64,000 nt of DNA from Macrostomum lignano (lineage: Eukaryota), in the NCBI GenBank assembly GCA_002269645.1, contig NIVC01001150.1:198422-262421 (forward strand), in the 5' to 3' direction. Shown one piece after another: positions 47,626 to 59,100 of the stretch (position 1 is its first letter; the number at the start of each line of letters is the position of its first letter). Under the pieces are notes generated by a model, which did no database searches, had not been told where the DNA came from, and saw only the letters and a list, made by a program, of their open reading frames with translations. Both the position numbers and the translations under genes were made by a program.

Positions 47626-48232
47626 CAGGGGTCGGCAAGCTCTGTCCCGCCCTCGGTCCATGAAACTTCACAATAGCAATCCGGCTCGCTCAGGGTTTGT
47701 GTCTCTTCTCAGCTCTCTTTTTTGTCCTTTTCTCCTCTCTCCTCTCCTCTCCTCTCCTCTCCTCTCCTCTCCTCTCCTCTCCTCTCCTCTCCTCTCCTCT
47801 CCTCTCCTCTCCTCTCCTCTCCTCTCCTCTCCTCTCCTCTCCTCTCCTCTCCTCTCCTCTCCTCTCCTCTCCTCTCCTCTCCTCTCCTCTCCTCTCCTCT
47901 CCTCTCCTCTCCTCTCCTCTCCTCTCCTCTCCTCTCCTCTCCTCTCCTCTCCTCTCCTCTCCTCTCCTCTCCTCTCCTCTCCTCTCATCTCCTCTCCTCT
48001 CCTCTCCTCTCCTCTCCTCTCCTCTCCTCTCCTCTCCTCTCCTCTCATCTCCTCTCCTCTCCTCTTCTCTCCTCTCCTCTCCTCTCCTCTCCTCTCCTCT
48101 CCTCTCCTCTCCTCTCCTCTCCTCTCCTCTCTCCTTTCTTCCGTTTTCTACTTTATTCCCTTTCCTCTCTGGCCCGCAGTTGTGCACCAGATTTTATATC
48201 TGGCCCTTAGATTAAAAGTTTGCCGACCCCTG
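47626..48232. mobile_element. hAT-superfamily MITE whose interior is mostly (CCTCT)n
   Basis: TIRs CAGGGGTCGGCAA / TTGCCGACCCCTG and a perfect 8-bp TSD TTGAAAAG (47618-47625, 48233-48240). Confidence 0.92.
47733..48132. repeat. (CCTCT)n pentanucleotide microsatellite, about 400 bp
   Basis: Nearly perfect tandem pentamers. Confidence 0.97.
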
Positions 48233-49249
48233 TTGAAAAGGAACACATTTTTGCCCCTCGTGCGCAATCTCGTTATACTTTTTGGTCTGTGGTAGCAATG
48301 CAGCACACCTGTTGGGTTGGGGCCTGAATACTACAGTGATAGCAACTTTATCCCATACTTTAACCAGTTCTTGGGATACCTGTGGAGCATCTTCAACTTT
48401 TTTTACTTTTCCCATTTCAAGCTATTGGCTCGCACAGGAAGGAATGGGAAGGACTTTGGTCCTGTGCAAATCTGAGCTGTTTTAATTTGCAGTCCATGCT
48501 AATGTTTAACCCAAGAATGATCTATCTCACCTGTTTGGACTGGCATCGCAGTCTTTGCCCAGTCCCAGTTTCAATCACCTGCGCAATGGCCTGAGCGTTT
48601 CGCCGCCTCTGTCCATTGCGGCTTTTGCAATTGCCTCACGACTTGAGAAATTTTTTTTATGTATTTGAGGTTTTCTGAACTTGTGAGAAGAATATTTTTT
48701 CGAAAATTCTTGCGTGCATATAAGATTTCGATTGAACTATTTTATCGATTATTTATCTGCTTATCCCTCATTGATTTGCGGTCGAGTACCGGGAACAGAA
48801 ATTTTTTGCCTGTAGCGAGTCTGTTTTGAAACGATTCATTTCTGCTTCTGTTTCTGTTTTACATCTAAAGACACTCTTTTCGCCTTAGCAACTAAAACTC
48901 TAGAAATGTGAGTAACGCACCGCCCTTTTATGATTTTGAGCTCCTTGATGAGTCCAGAATGTCGTTGTAACACGGAACCTGTCACTTTTCACCAAACTTG
49001 AAGCTACCAATACTTTTGCTCTGAGATTTTGCCTTAATCTTAATAAAACAAATTTTATAGCAGTATATTGTTATCTTCTGTGACTAAATTTATTTTGCGA
49101 TGCTTAAAGCAGAAATACTCTGCGCTTCTTTGTCCAACTATTTTCTGCTTGTTTTCTGCTCCCTAACTGTGGCTTTGATTGCCCTTTCTGTGTCCCCAAC
49201 TCAACTCGTGTTGAGCATTTCGTCTGTTTGAGAAAGAAAATCTTCTGCT

Positions 49250-49615
49250 TGAGCATGGACCACCCTCTGATTGTGCATGGACCACCCTCTGATTGTGCAT
49301 GGACCACCCTCTGCTTATGCATGGACCACCCTCTGATTGTGCATGGACCACCCTCTGCTTATGCATGGACCACCCTCTGATTGTGCATGGACCACCCTCT
49401 GCTTATGCATGGACCACCCTCTGATTGTGCATGGACCACCCTCTGATTGTGCATGGACCACCCTCTGCTTATGCATGGACCACCCTCTGATTGTGCATGG
49501 ACCACCCTCTGCTTATGCATGGACCACCCTCTGATTGTGCATGGACCACCCTCTGATTGTGCATGGACCACCCTCTGCTTATGCATGGACCACCCTCTGC
49601 TTATGCATGGACCAC
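49250..49615. repeat. 22-bp minisatellite, two alternating variants (GCATGGACCACCCTCTG-ATTGT / -CTTAT)
   Basis: Tandem units read directly. Confidence 0.95.
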
Positions 49616-50253
49616 ATTCTGAAAGCTGGCAATAAAGCAGCCCACACCAAGCCTCCCAATCAGGCCCAGCCAGTGATTCGTCTTCCTTCTTTAACTGCAA
49701 ATGCGATTGAGACTGAGTGTTCGAGCGCCACAGCCTACATGTAGGCCTTGTGAACCTACGATGAGGCGGGGCAAGAGCGGTAGAGGAGCAGCGGAGACGG
49801 AAGACCAAATCGTGAGACTGAACAGAGAAAAAGGCAGGTGCGAGGCCCAAAAGTTAAGATGCTTTTAACCGAAGCAGTCGAAAATTGTGGGAAATGCTGC
49901 CGTCTTATTTATCAGGCTGAAAGCCTACAGAAATACATCGGTTTTTCTGGCTGGGGTTTAAAACTCTAGAGCTTACCGAATCGATGCTCAGCAACTGCTC
50001 ACAGCTATCAAAGTTTGCGATTGTGCCAGGTCGCTCACTCTTGCCAGGCAGAGTTGCAGAAGCATCTCAGAGTTCAGGCTTCAACAAAGCGGGTCTTATT
50101 CTAGACGAAAAATTTCCCCGGTTCACCGCCCGGGGACAGCGAAGGCTGAAGAGATGGCATTCCCCGAGCTGCCAATCATTCCCTCTGCCTGGGGATCTGA
50201 AGCCTTCCTGTGCGTTGCTTTTAGTAGCTTTGAGTTCAGTAGTTTATTACGAC

Positions 50254-50725
50254 TGAGGCTGACTAAGATGTCAGCACTGATGATGAGTTGACTCCAAAAT
50301 GAGACTGAGGCTGACTAGCATGTCAGCACTGATGATGAGTTCACTCCAAAATGAGACTGAGGCTGACTAAGATGTCAGCTCTGAAAATGAGTTCACTCTA
50401 AAATGAGACTGAGGCTGACTAACATGTCAGCACCGATGAGTTCACTCCAAAATGAGACTGAGGCTGACTAACATGTCAGCTCTGAAGATGAGTTCACTCT
50501 AAAATGAGACTGAGGCTGACTAACATGTCAGCACCGATGAGTTCACTCCAAAATGAGACTGAGGCTGACTAGCATGTCAGCACTGATGATGAGTTCACTC
50601 CAAAATGAGACTGAGGCTGACTAACATGTCAGCACCGATGAGTTCACTCTAAAATGAGACTGAGGCTGACTAACATGTCAGCTCTGAAGATGAGTTCACT
50701 CCAAATGATAATGAGGCTGACTAAC
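50254..50725. repeat. 49/52-bp tandem repeat (about 9 copies) with internal hairpins, upstream of paralog B
   Basis: Unit GACTGAGGCTGACTAACATGTCAGCACTGATGATGAGTTCACTCCAAAATGA. Confidence 0.92.
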
Positions 50726-50961
50726 ATATTGATGTGTTGAAGTCATAGGATGGCTCCGGGTAAGCTTCTATACTTAACCAGCTGACTTGCTTGGGTGCGG
50801 CATAGGCAGGGTGGATCACAAGTTTTCTTGAACTTAGGTACGCAAGGCCAGTGATAAAGCATTTTGGACTATCCGGCTCTTGTGGTTGGCTGGTGAGGCA
50901 GGAGCAGGGCAGCATAAATCCCGCATCGCTACAGCCTGAACCCCACAATTTCTCTGACGTC

Positions 50962-52224
50962 ATGGAACTGAAACGCCAGCTGCTGTTCTGCTGCATCTCT
51001 CTGCTGCAGCTGCTCCACTGCCGCTCGGAGCACTCCTCCATCGGGTTCGCTACTGTCGCTCTGTGCCCCGACATCTCCGCTCTGCCCAGCCGACATGCCA
51101 AGTCCAAGATGCTGTGCGGCACCGCTTGCAGCGCCAACATGGACTGCGACCTGTTCCACTTCACCCGTACGACCGGACTCTGCTACCTTGGCAACTCGAC
51201 CTGCGAGGGACTCCGACTGTGGACCAACGGACCCTGCGTCTCTTACAAATCTGGTACGTGCGTAATTTGCGAGTTCAAATCGCTTTCGGTTATTGTTGCA
51301 GTGACCCAATTATCAAATATTCACTAATCAAAACATTCATTGGCAAGTGAAGCCAGTTCAGCACAAAGCCCAGCATTTCAAGCAGCAGCCACTATCTTGA
51401 ATATTCCAGTGCGTCCAAGGGTGCGGGCATCGGCGGAGCCGATAGCTGAGCAGCTGAGCCTGAAGATGCTCTACCGATTCGGCACCCACGGCCTGGAGAA
51501 CGCGGCTGACCCGTCAAAATACCGGCTGTGGAGCGGCAGCGCCACCACCATCGATGCCCAGGGGGCGCACTTTGTTACGAAACTGACTTCCTACTTGATG
51601 GCCGCCACTCCCTGCTTCGAGTCTGTTGTCAACAAGGGCAACAAGTTTTCCTTCTTCGTTCGGGCCAAGCACCCCATGGACATCGAGTGAGTTCGCAGAT
51701 CCATGGTGTTTCACTAGCTCTGAATAAAAAGTTAAAAGGCGTTCCTGTTAATACATAAAAAGTAGAGCCGGGAATCTCAAGTGAGCCAAATCCCTCCATC
51801 CAGTGGAACCTACGTGGCGTTTCGGCAATGCAGCGGCAACAACGTGGCCCACGACTTCTACACGTACAACCGGAACTACTGGCACCAGGTGTTCTGGCCG
51901 GCCGACGGCAAATACTACCTGTCCAAGTCCGGCAACGTCTTCAGTAAGAGCAGCTCGGTCGCTCTGGTCTCCACCGGCCTCACCTACGACGCGGACCGCA
52001 ACGTGAACTTTTTCTTCAACGGCAGCATGTATTCGGCGACGCTCGACAGCTCGAAGTCGGCCAGCAACCTCAACGACGCCAACTTCCAGTGCATGCAGCT
52101 GGGGGGCTTTCCGGGAGACGCGCAGTACTCTGTGCAGGGCAGCATGTCCTGCTTCGCCCTGAGCACCCGACTGCTCACACAGGCTGAGTTCGTGCAGCTG
52201 GACAACTGGTGCAAGCAGGCCTAA
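50962..52224 (+). CDS. Secreted protein paralog B, 329 aa. Exons 50962-51253, 51410-51686, 51804-52224
   Basis: Same exon lengths and intron phases as paralog A; open 990-nt CDS. Confidence 0.8.
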
Positions 52225-54495
52225 CTGGAGCTGAGTCTGGATTCGAAGTATGCAAAATGCTGCGAACATCGACCAACAATTTGAAGAGACGCTCATGCTC
52301 AAAAATCACGCAAATTTCTCTAAAAGCCCGGGTTTTACTGCGCGATGCATGATCGATCGATACAATTTTTAAAAAATCAAAATACAAGCTTTTGAGACTT
52401 CAAATCGCAAATTCAACAACTCTCTGTGTTGGGTCTGTCTGCAGTTAATTTTCTTGAGATAGTTTAAAAAATTAAAGGCCGGCAACGCGCAAAATTGAGT
52501 CGCGTTTTTTAATTGGATTTTTGGTAATGTAGCTTTTTGGAGCGTATTTGGGCCTACACACATCGAATTTAACAGAAGATATGGTTACCACAGTAACGGA
52601 GCTTTTGTCTATGGTAGCAAGGCTGGCACAGCAGCATTGATTTGGTCCATAGTGGCTCTGAAACACAATCATGAGTCACAGCTGTGTAATGCAATTTATT
52701 TTAAGCAAATTTCAAGATCACTGTACCAACACAAGGTGACATCAAACGTTTTATCTGCTAGACTATAACAGAACAGGAAGAGCATTTTAGCATGGTCAAA
52801 ACTCCTTGTAACTTTTTGTTTGACGCCTCGCATATGGTCCACGAGCAGCTGAAAATGAACCACTGCTTCCGTTCTCACTGCTTGAGACAGTCATGTCTAA
52901 ATGAAAATCCAGGAGTGAAACTACAGAGCCGTTATGTACCAAATTGATGCTTGTTGGACTAAATTAAGTGCTGCTGTGTCAGCCTTGCTACCAGAGACCA
53001 AAGCTCCATTACTTTGGCAAACATATTTGCTTGCTTTGCAGCCCTGTCAAATCCGATGGTCATAAACCCTTCGGCCGAACCGATAGTCTATGGCCATACC
53101 GGCTGATTCGCCGCGTGCACCGGCTGCACCATAGGGCTTTGAACAAAACTATTTAAAAAACGTCATGAGCTCGAAACGAAGGAAGCAGCAATTTTTTAGT
53201 TTGCACTAAAAGACAGCAAAATTTCTCTCCCGCTACTGCTTTTTATTGCAAAATTTGCTGCTATTTAAGTGAAGTTTTACTAAATGCGAGCTTCGTATCC
53301 TGAAATGTTTAGTTGTTGACAGTGCGAATCCTGAAAGATCCGAAAGACTGTTTCGCATGGAGATTTTGGCGAGAAAAGTTTAACATTTGTTCTCCGTTGT
53401 TGCATTAATCTTAAAAACACAGAAGGGCGCTGAGCAATCAGTTTCTGATTCCTTTCCAACTCGAAAGCCGTTTTCTTCAGCAATCAGCAGCAGAAAAACG
53501 TTTTGTTTCGCAGAGTCGGATTTGCACAAGCCTTTGTGACGCCATTTGTGAGGCTTTCTCCATCCTTTCTCAAGCAAATGGTTTGCCAAAGTTCAGGCTG
53601 GCGTTTCTCTGCCGCAGCCATGACAGCCATTGTTAGCAAAAATCGATACATTGTTGCGATAAAAGCAGTTCTCACGGACTCAGCCTCGCTGGCAGCCTCC
53701 AACTTCGATTTTGTCCTCTTGGCTAAAAACATCAGCCTCCTTAATCCAAGGCTGCTCAACCCGAAGCCAGCGTCTCGATACAATGCAGGTGGGCGTTGGG
53801 CCCTTCCCATTTCACGTGACGCAATGGCAAAAGTCCATCCAAACACTGTTGATGGGGCGTCCCAAGGTGAAAGGCGGTGGGGAAGTTTGAGCTGAGGGAG
53901 CTGGGGATGCGCAGACCCTGACTAAAGCATTGCTTTAAGCGTAAAAACCTCCGCTACGCCTGAAAAGGCTTGCCGACCTGAGCTGCGGCCTTCAGTGCCA
54001 GCCCACGCAAAACTGCTGACTTCTTGGTGAAAAGCTTTTCTGTCCGGCTCAAAAAGCCAGAGCAGCAGCAACTGAAGCATTTAAAACTTCTTTCTGTGCT
54101 GCAAGTTTCTGGCCAAGCCCTGTGAGAGCAAATCGCGAGATGCAGCACCCACTTTGCGTGGGCCAGGCGCGAGAGAGCTGCCTCTAAAGCAGCCAAGCAC
54201 AAAAACCTTACAAAGTCATGCCATCTGCCACTCTTTTCCTTATTTGTAAGTTTTTCTCTCAGCTTTAAATGTAAACTTGAAACAATGCTTGTTGCTCAAG
54301 CTTATGGTAAAATTAAAAACAAATGTACCTGAGCATACTACTGCTGAGACAGAATCGCAATAGTATAAAATATGAGAAAAATATGCGATTTTTTGAAAAG
54401 CAAGCAAAACTGATGTCAATAAAGATTTCTCTGTGTCAAATCTGCGTCTACTGTCTGCCAGCGCCTTCAATGACGAGCTTCTCACCGACCGGTCC

Positions 54496-55275
54496 TCAAG
54501 GCGTGTCCATCGGAGCGACTTCCGCCTCTCCGGAGGCTCCGCAGTCGCTGCCGGCGGTGTCGGCGCTGACAGCCACGTCAACGGTGGCGGCTTCGCGATC
54601 GACCCCCATCGGCTGCAGCAGCGCCTCGCGGATCTGGTCTGCCGCAGCCCGCATCCTCTCGTCAAGGAGGCCAAGGCGGCCCAGCTCGGCCAGCCGGCCC
54701 ATCAGGCACCGCAGCACCACCGCCTTGTAGGCCGTCTCGGCGCTGTCCGGCAGCCCGGCAGCGTCCGCGGCCGTCTCGGCTGCTCCGTCGGTCTCCTCAG
54801 CTGCTCCGTCGGCCTCCTCAGCTGCTCCGTCGGCCTCCTCAGCTGCTCCATCGGCCTCCTCAGCTGCTCCGTCGGCCTCCTCAGCTGCTCCATCGGCCTC
54901 CTCAGCTGCTCCGTCGGCCTCCTCAGCTGCTCCGTCGGCATCCTCAGCTGCTCCATCGGCCTCCTCAGCTGCTCCGTCGGCCTCCTCAGCTGCTCCATCG
55001 GCCTCCTCAGCTGCTCCGTCGGCCTCCTCAGCTGCTCCGTCGGCATCCTCAGCTGCTCCATCGGCCTCCTCAGCTGCTCCGTCGGCCTCCTCAGCTGCTC
55101 CGTCAGCCTCCTCAGCTGCTTCGTCGGCCTCCTCTTCTTCTAAGCTTTCTTCGCCCTCGTTTTCGTCTCCGACTCCAGCGTCATTCTCTAGCAGTCTGGC
55201 TTCTTCGCTGCCGCCGCTCTCCATCGGCCCGCAGAGCTGCTGCCAAGCGCGTGTCTGAGCCGCCGCTCTCTGCAT
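54496..55275 (-). CDS. Hypothetical 259-aa acidic protein with about 16 EEADGAA repeats
   Basis: ATG-initiated GC-rich ORF with non-repetitive open flanks on both sides of a 21-bp repeat, ending in a helical-looking tail. No recognised homolog. Confidence 0.5.
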   Translation of the reverse strand: MQRAAAQTRAWQQLCGPMESGGSEEARLLENDAGVGDENEGEESLEEEEADEAAEEADGAAEEADGAAEEADGAAEDADGAAEEADGAAEEADGAAEEADGAAEEADGAAEDADGAAEEADGAAEEADGAAEEADGAAEEADGAAEEADGAAEEADGAAEETDGAAETAADAAGLPDSAETAYKAVVLRCLMGRLAELGRLGLLDERMRAAADQIREALLQPMGVDREAATVDVAVSADTAGSDCGASGEAEVAPMDTP

Positions 55276-55394
55276 TGAGTGGCAAGCAGCCTCTCATGTC
55301 TATGGAGTGCCTGCGGAATTTCAATTTTATTTTTAGCTCAAACACTTTTTCAAGCAGACTAACACCAAGGACAATTTAAGTTGTCCTTGACTCA

Positions 55395-55622
55395 CAAATG
55401 CAGCTGCTCACTCTAACTGCAATCACACTGTGCAGACTCACACCTGCAGCTGCTCACTCTGACTGCAATCACACTGTGCAGACTCACACCTGCAGCTGCT
55501 CACTCTGACTGCAATCACACTGTGCAGACTCGCACCTACAGCTGCTCACTCTGACTGCAATCTCACTGTGCAGACTCACACCTACAGCTGCTCACTCTGA
55601 CTGCAATCACACTGTGCAGACC
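55395..55622. repeat. 46-bp tandem repeat, 5 copies, between two divergent ORFs
   Basis: Unit CAGCTGCTCACTCTGACTGCAATCACACTGTGCAGACTCACACCTG. Confidence 0.9.
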
Positions 55623-56162
55623 CGCCTGCGCACCCTAATTACATCCGTGCTGCAAAGCAGAACCTGTTGTCACACAGTCTCGCGCAGTTTTCCAGAAAAT
55701 CTTTCTGCTTTCTTGAGCAAACAGTTCTGATCGTGCCAGAGAAGAAACTCTTTGCATTGCTGAGCCCCAAACTCATCTCTCGGGCAAACAAGCGCCAGCT
55801 TAGCAACACGGATTTGAGGCCGTCTGAGTGTCAGAAAACTTCACACACGGAATGTGAGCCCAGCAACCACTGGCAACTCCGGAGGATCCCGCCTATGTGG
55901 GTTAAGCTGAGAGAAGGAGGCTGCCCTCCTTCTCTCCTCCCTGTTTGCAGTAAGAGGAGAGCAGAGCGGGCTGAGCTGTACTCAGGAAACCGGATCCGGC
56001 ATTGGGCTGGAGGGGCTTTAGCTGGCCCCTAAGCTGCTGGCTCCCTGTTAAATGCAAACAGCTGTGGGCCCGGCCTCTCGGCTGATTCGAAGGGCTCGCG
56101 GACAAGCTGTGGGGGTCCCTGCTGTGCTCAGCTGCTCACCTGCCGTGCAAACCGGTCAGTCA

Positions 56163-59100
56163 ATGCGGCCAGCCAGTCCTGCGGCCATCGCTGCCGGCCT
56201 CTTGTGCCTCGGCCTGCTGAGCCCCCTGGCTGGCGGGCGGCAGAAACTCGGTGAGTTCAGCTTGACCAGCTTGAGTCAGATTTGAGCACACTGTGAAAAT
56301 TGAGTTCAGCTTGACCAGGTTGAGTCAGATTTGAGCACACTGTGAAAATTGAGCTCACCGTTGAAATCCGCAGCGATCTACCAGAGTTCGGGCGGCTGTT
56401 TCGGTTCGCAGCTCTGGGCGAATTTGAGCAGCGCGGACTCGCCACCACCGTTCGAGATCGTCTCGGTGCGCACCGCGTCCAGGGCGAAGGCGGTGGCGGA
56501 GGAAGGTGGGGGTCGCTTTTGCTTCTGTAATTTCAGCGCTGCTATCAAATCATTTTTTCATTCGAGATCCCCAGAACCCAATTCAAATACAAACCCCACA
56601 CTATCAAATCCACAAACCCCACACTATCAAATCCACAAACCCCACACTATCAAATCCACAAACCCCACACTATCAAATCCACAAACCCCACACTATCAAA
56701 TACACAAACCCCACACTATCAAATCCACAAACCCCACACTATCAAATCCACAAACCCCACACTATCAAATACACAAACCCCACACTATCAAATACACAAA
56801 CCCCACACTATCAAATACACAAACCCCACACTATCAAATCCACAAACCCCACACTATCAAATCCACAAACCCCACACTATCAAATACACAAACCCCACAC
56901 TATCAAATACACAAACCCCACACTATCAAATCCACAAACCCCACACTATCAAATCCACAAACCCCACACTATCAAATCCACAAACCCCACACTATCAAAT
57001 ACACAAACCCCACACTATCAAATACACAAACCCCACACTATCAAATCCACAAACCCCACACTATCAAATACACAAACCCCACACTATCAAATACACAAAC
57101 CCCACACTATCAAATACACAAACCCCACACTATCAAATCCACAAACCCCACACTATCAAATCCACAAACCCCACACTATCAAATACACAAACCCCACACT
57201 ATCAAATCCACAAACCCCACACTATCAAATCCACAAACCCCACACTATCAAATCCACAAACCCCACACTATCAAATCCACAAACCCCGCACTATCAAATC
57301 CACAAACCCCACACTATCAAATCCAAACACCCCGCACTATCAAATCCACAAACCCCGCACTATCAAATACACAAACCCCACACTATCAAATACACAAACC
57401 CCACACTATCAAATCCACAAACCCCACACTATCAAATCCAAACACCCCACACTATCAAATCCACAAACCCCACACTATCAAATACACAAACCCCACACTA
57501 TCAAATACACAAACCCCACACTATCAAATCCACAAACCCCACACTATCAAATCCACAAACCCCACACTATCAAATCCACAAACCCCACACTATCAAATCC
57601 ACAAACCCCACACTATCAAATCCACAAACCCCGCACTATCAAATCCACAAACCCCACACTATCAAATACACAAACCCCACACTATCAAATACACAAACCC
57701 CGCACTATCAAATCCACAAACTCCACACTATCAAATACACAAACCCCACACTATCAAATCCAAACACCCCACACTATCAAATCCAAACACCCCACACCGC
57801 AAACGCCACAAACCCACACAAACAAATCCACAAGTCAAGTCAAAACGGCAGCCGGAATGCCAGTTTAAGCGACAACAGAGCACTAATCATCAGCCAAGAG
57901 CACTGAGTACCCGATCGCAACGGAGCAACGGATCATGAGGGAACTGAGCTGTTTATTTGAGAGCTGAGGCAGGGCGGAGCTGCAGCAGGGAGAAGGTCGC
58001 TCCCGTACTCACCGTGAGCAGTGAGCAGTCGATGAATAATTCATAGCTTGCCCCCGCTGGGCCTCCTATTTTTAGCAGCAGCAGAAGGCGGGTAGGCAGC
58101 AACAGCCGTAGAAATCAATCGCAGCCCCCCTCCCCGCGACTTCAGCAAGGGGCGGCGGCGCACCGCAGCTCCCGCTGGTGAGCATCGACTGGGGCGGCGC
58201 CTGCGGCTCTTCCGCCCGGCCCGCCCGGCTCTCCGCCCTGCCCGGCTATGCCGACGTGTCCTTCGCTGCCGCCGGCGCCGCGGACCTGCGCTGCCTCGCT
58301 GAAGGCCGCCTCCAGGCCGCTGCGCTCCGCTTCTTGCAGGCCTCGGCCGCGCTGGTCATCAGCGGTGAGCTGCCCGGAGTCCCTTGGATCCGTTGATAAA
58401 AATAGCCTTTCCAACACTTGAAAACCACAGCAGCCCCTTACAAGAACTGTGCATGTATGTGCACGTTAAATATGTTGACCTATTTTGAAAGTTTAAATTC
58501 GTGGGAACTATTCTGTGCTCCCGCCTCTGGTTCGAATCCCCATCTCCTCACTCCCGGTTCGAATCCCCATCTCCTCACTACCGGTTCTAATCCCCCATCT
58601 CCTCACTACCGGTTCGAATCCCCATCTCCTCACTCCAAGTTCGAATCCCCATCTCCTCACTACCGGTTCTAATCCCCATCTCCTCACTCCCGGTTCGAAT
58701 CCCCATCTCCTCACTACCGGTTCTAATCCCCATCTCCTCACTACCGGTTCTAATCCCCATCTCCTCACTACCGGTTCTAATCCCCATCTCCTCACTCCCG
58801 GTTCGAATCCCCATCTCCTCACTCCCGGTTCGAATCCCCATCTCCTCACTCCAAGTTCGAATCCCCATCTACTCACTCCCGGTTCGAATCCCCATCTCCT
58901 CACTCCAAGTTCGAATCCCCATCTCCTCACTCCGGTTCGAATCCCCATCTCCTCACTCCAAGTTCGAATCCCCATCTCCTCACTCCGGTTCGAATCCCCA
59001 TCTCCTCACTCCAAGTTCGAATCCCCATCTCCTCACTCCGGTTCGAATCCCCATCTCCTCACTCCAAGTTCGAATCCCCATCTCCTCACTCCAAGTTCGA

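Noticed and set aside
47618-48295. SSPLL / RGEER repeat ORFs
   Set aside because: Translations of the (CCTCT)n microsatellite.
56349-57938. 529- and 466-aa ORFs, and the 962-aa ORF at 58515-61403
   Set aside because: Read-through of intronic minisatellites from short true exons; GT-AG boundaries explain the real coding parts.
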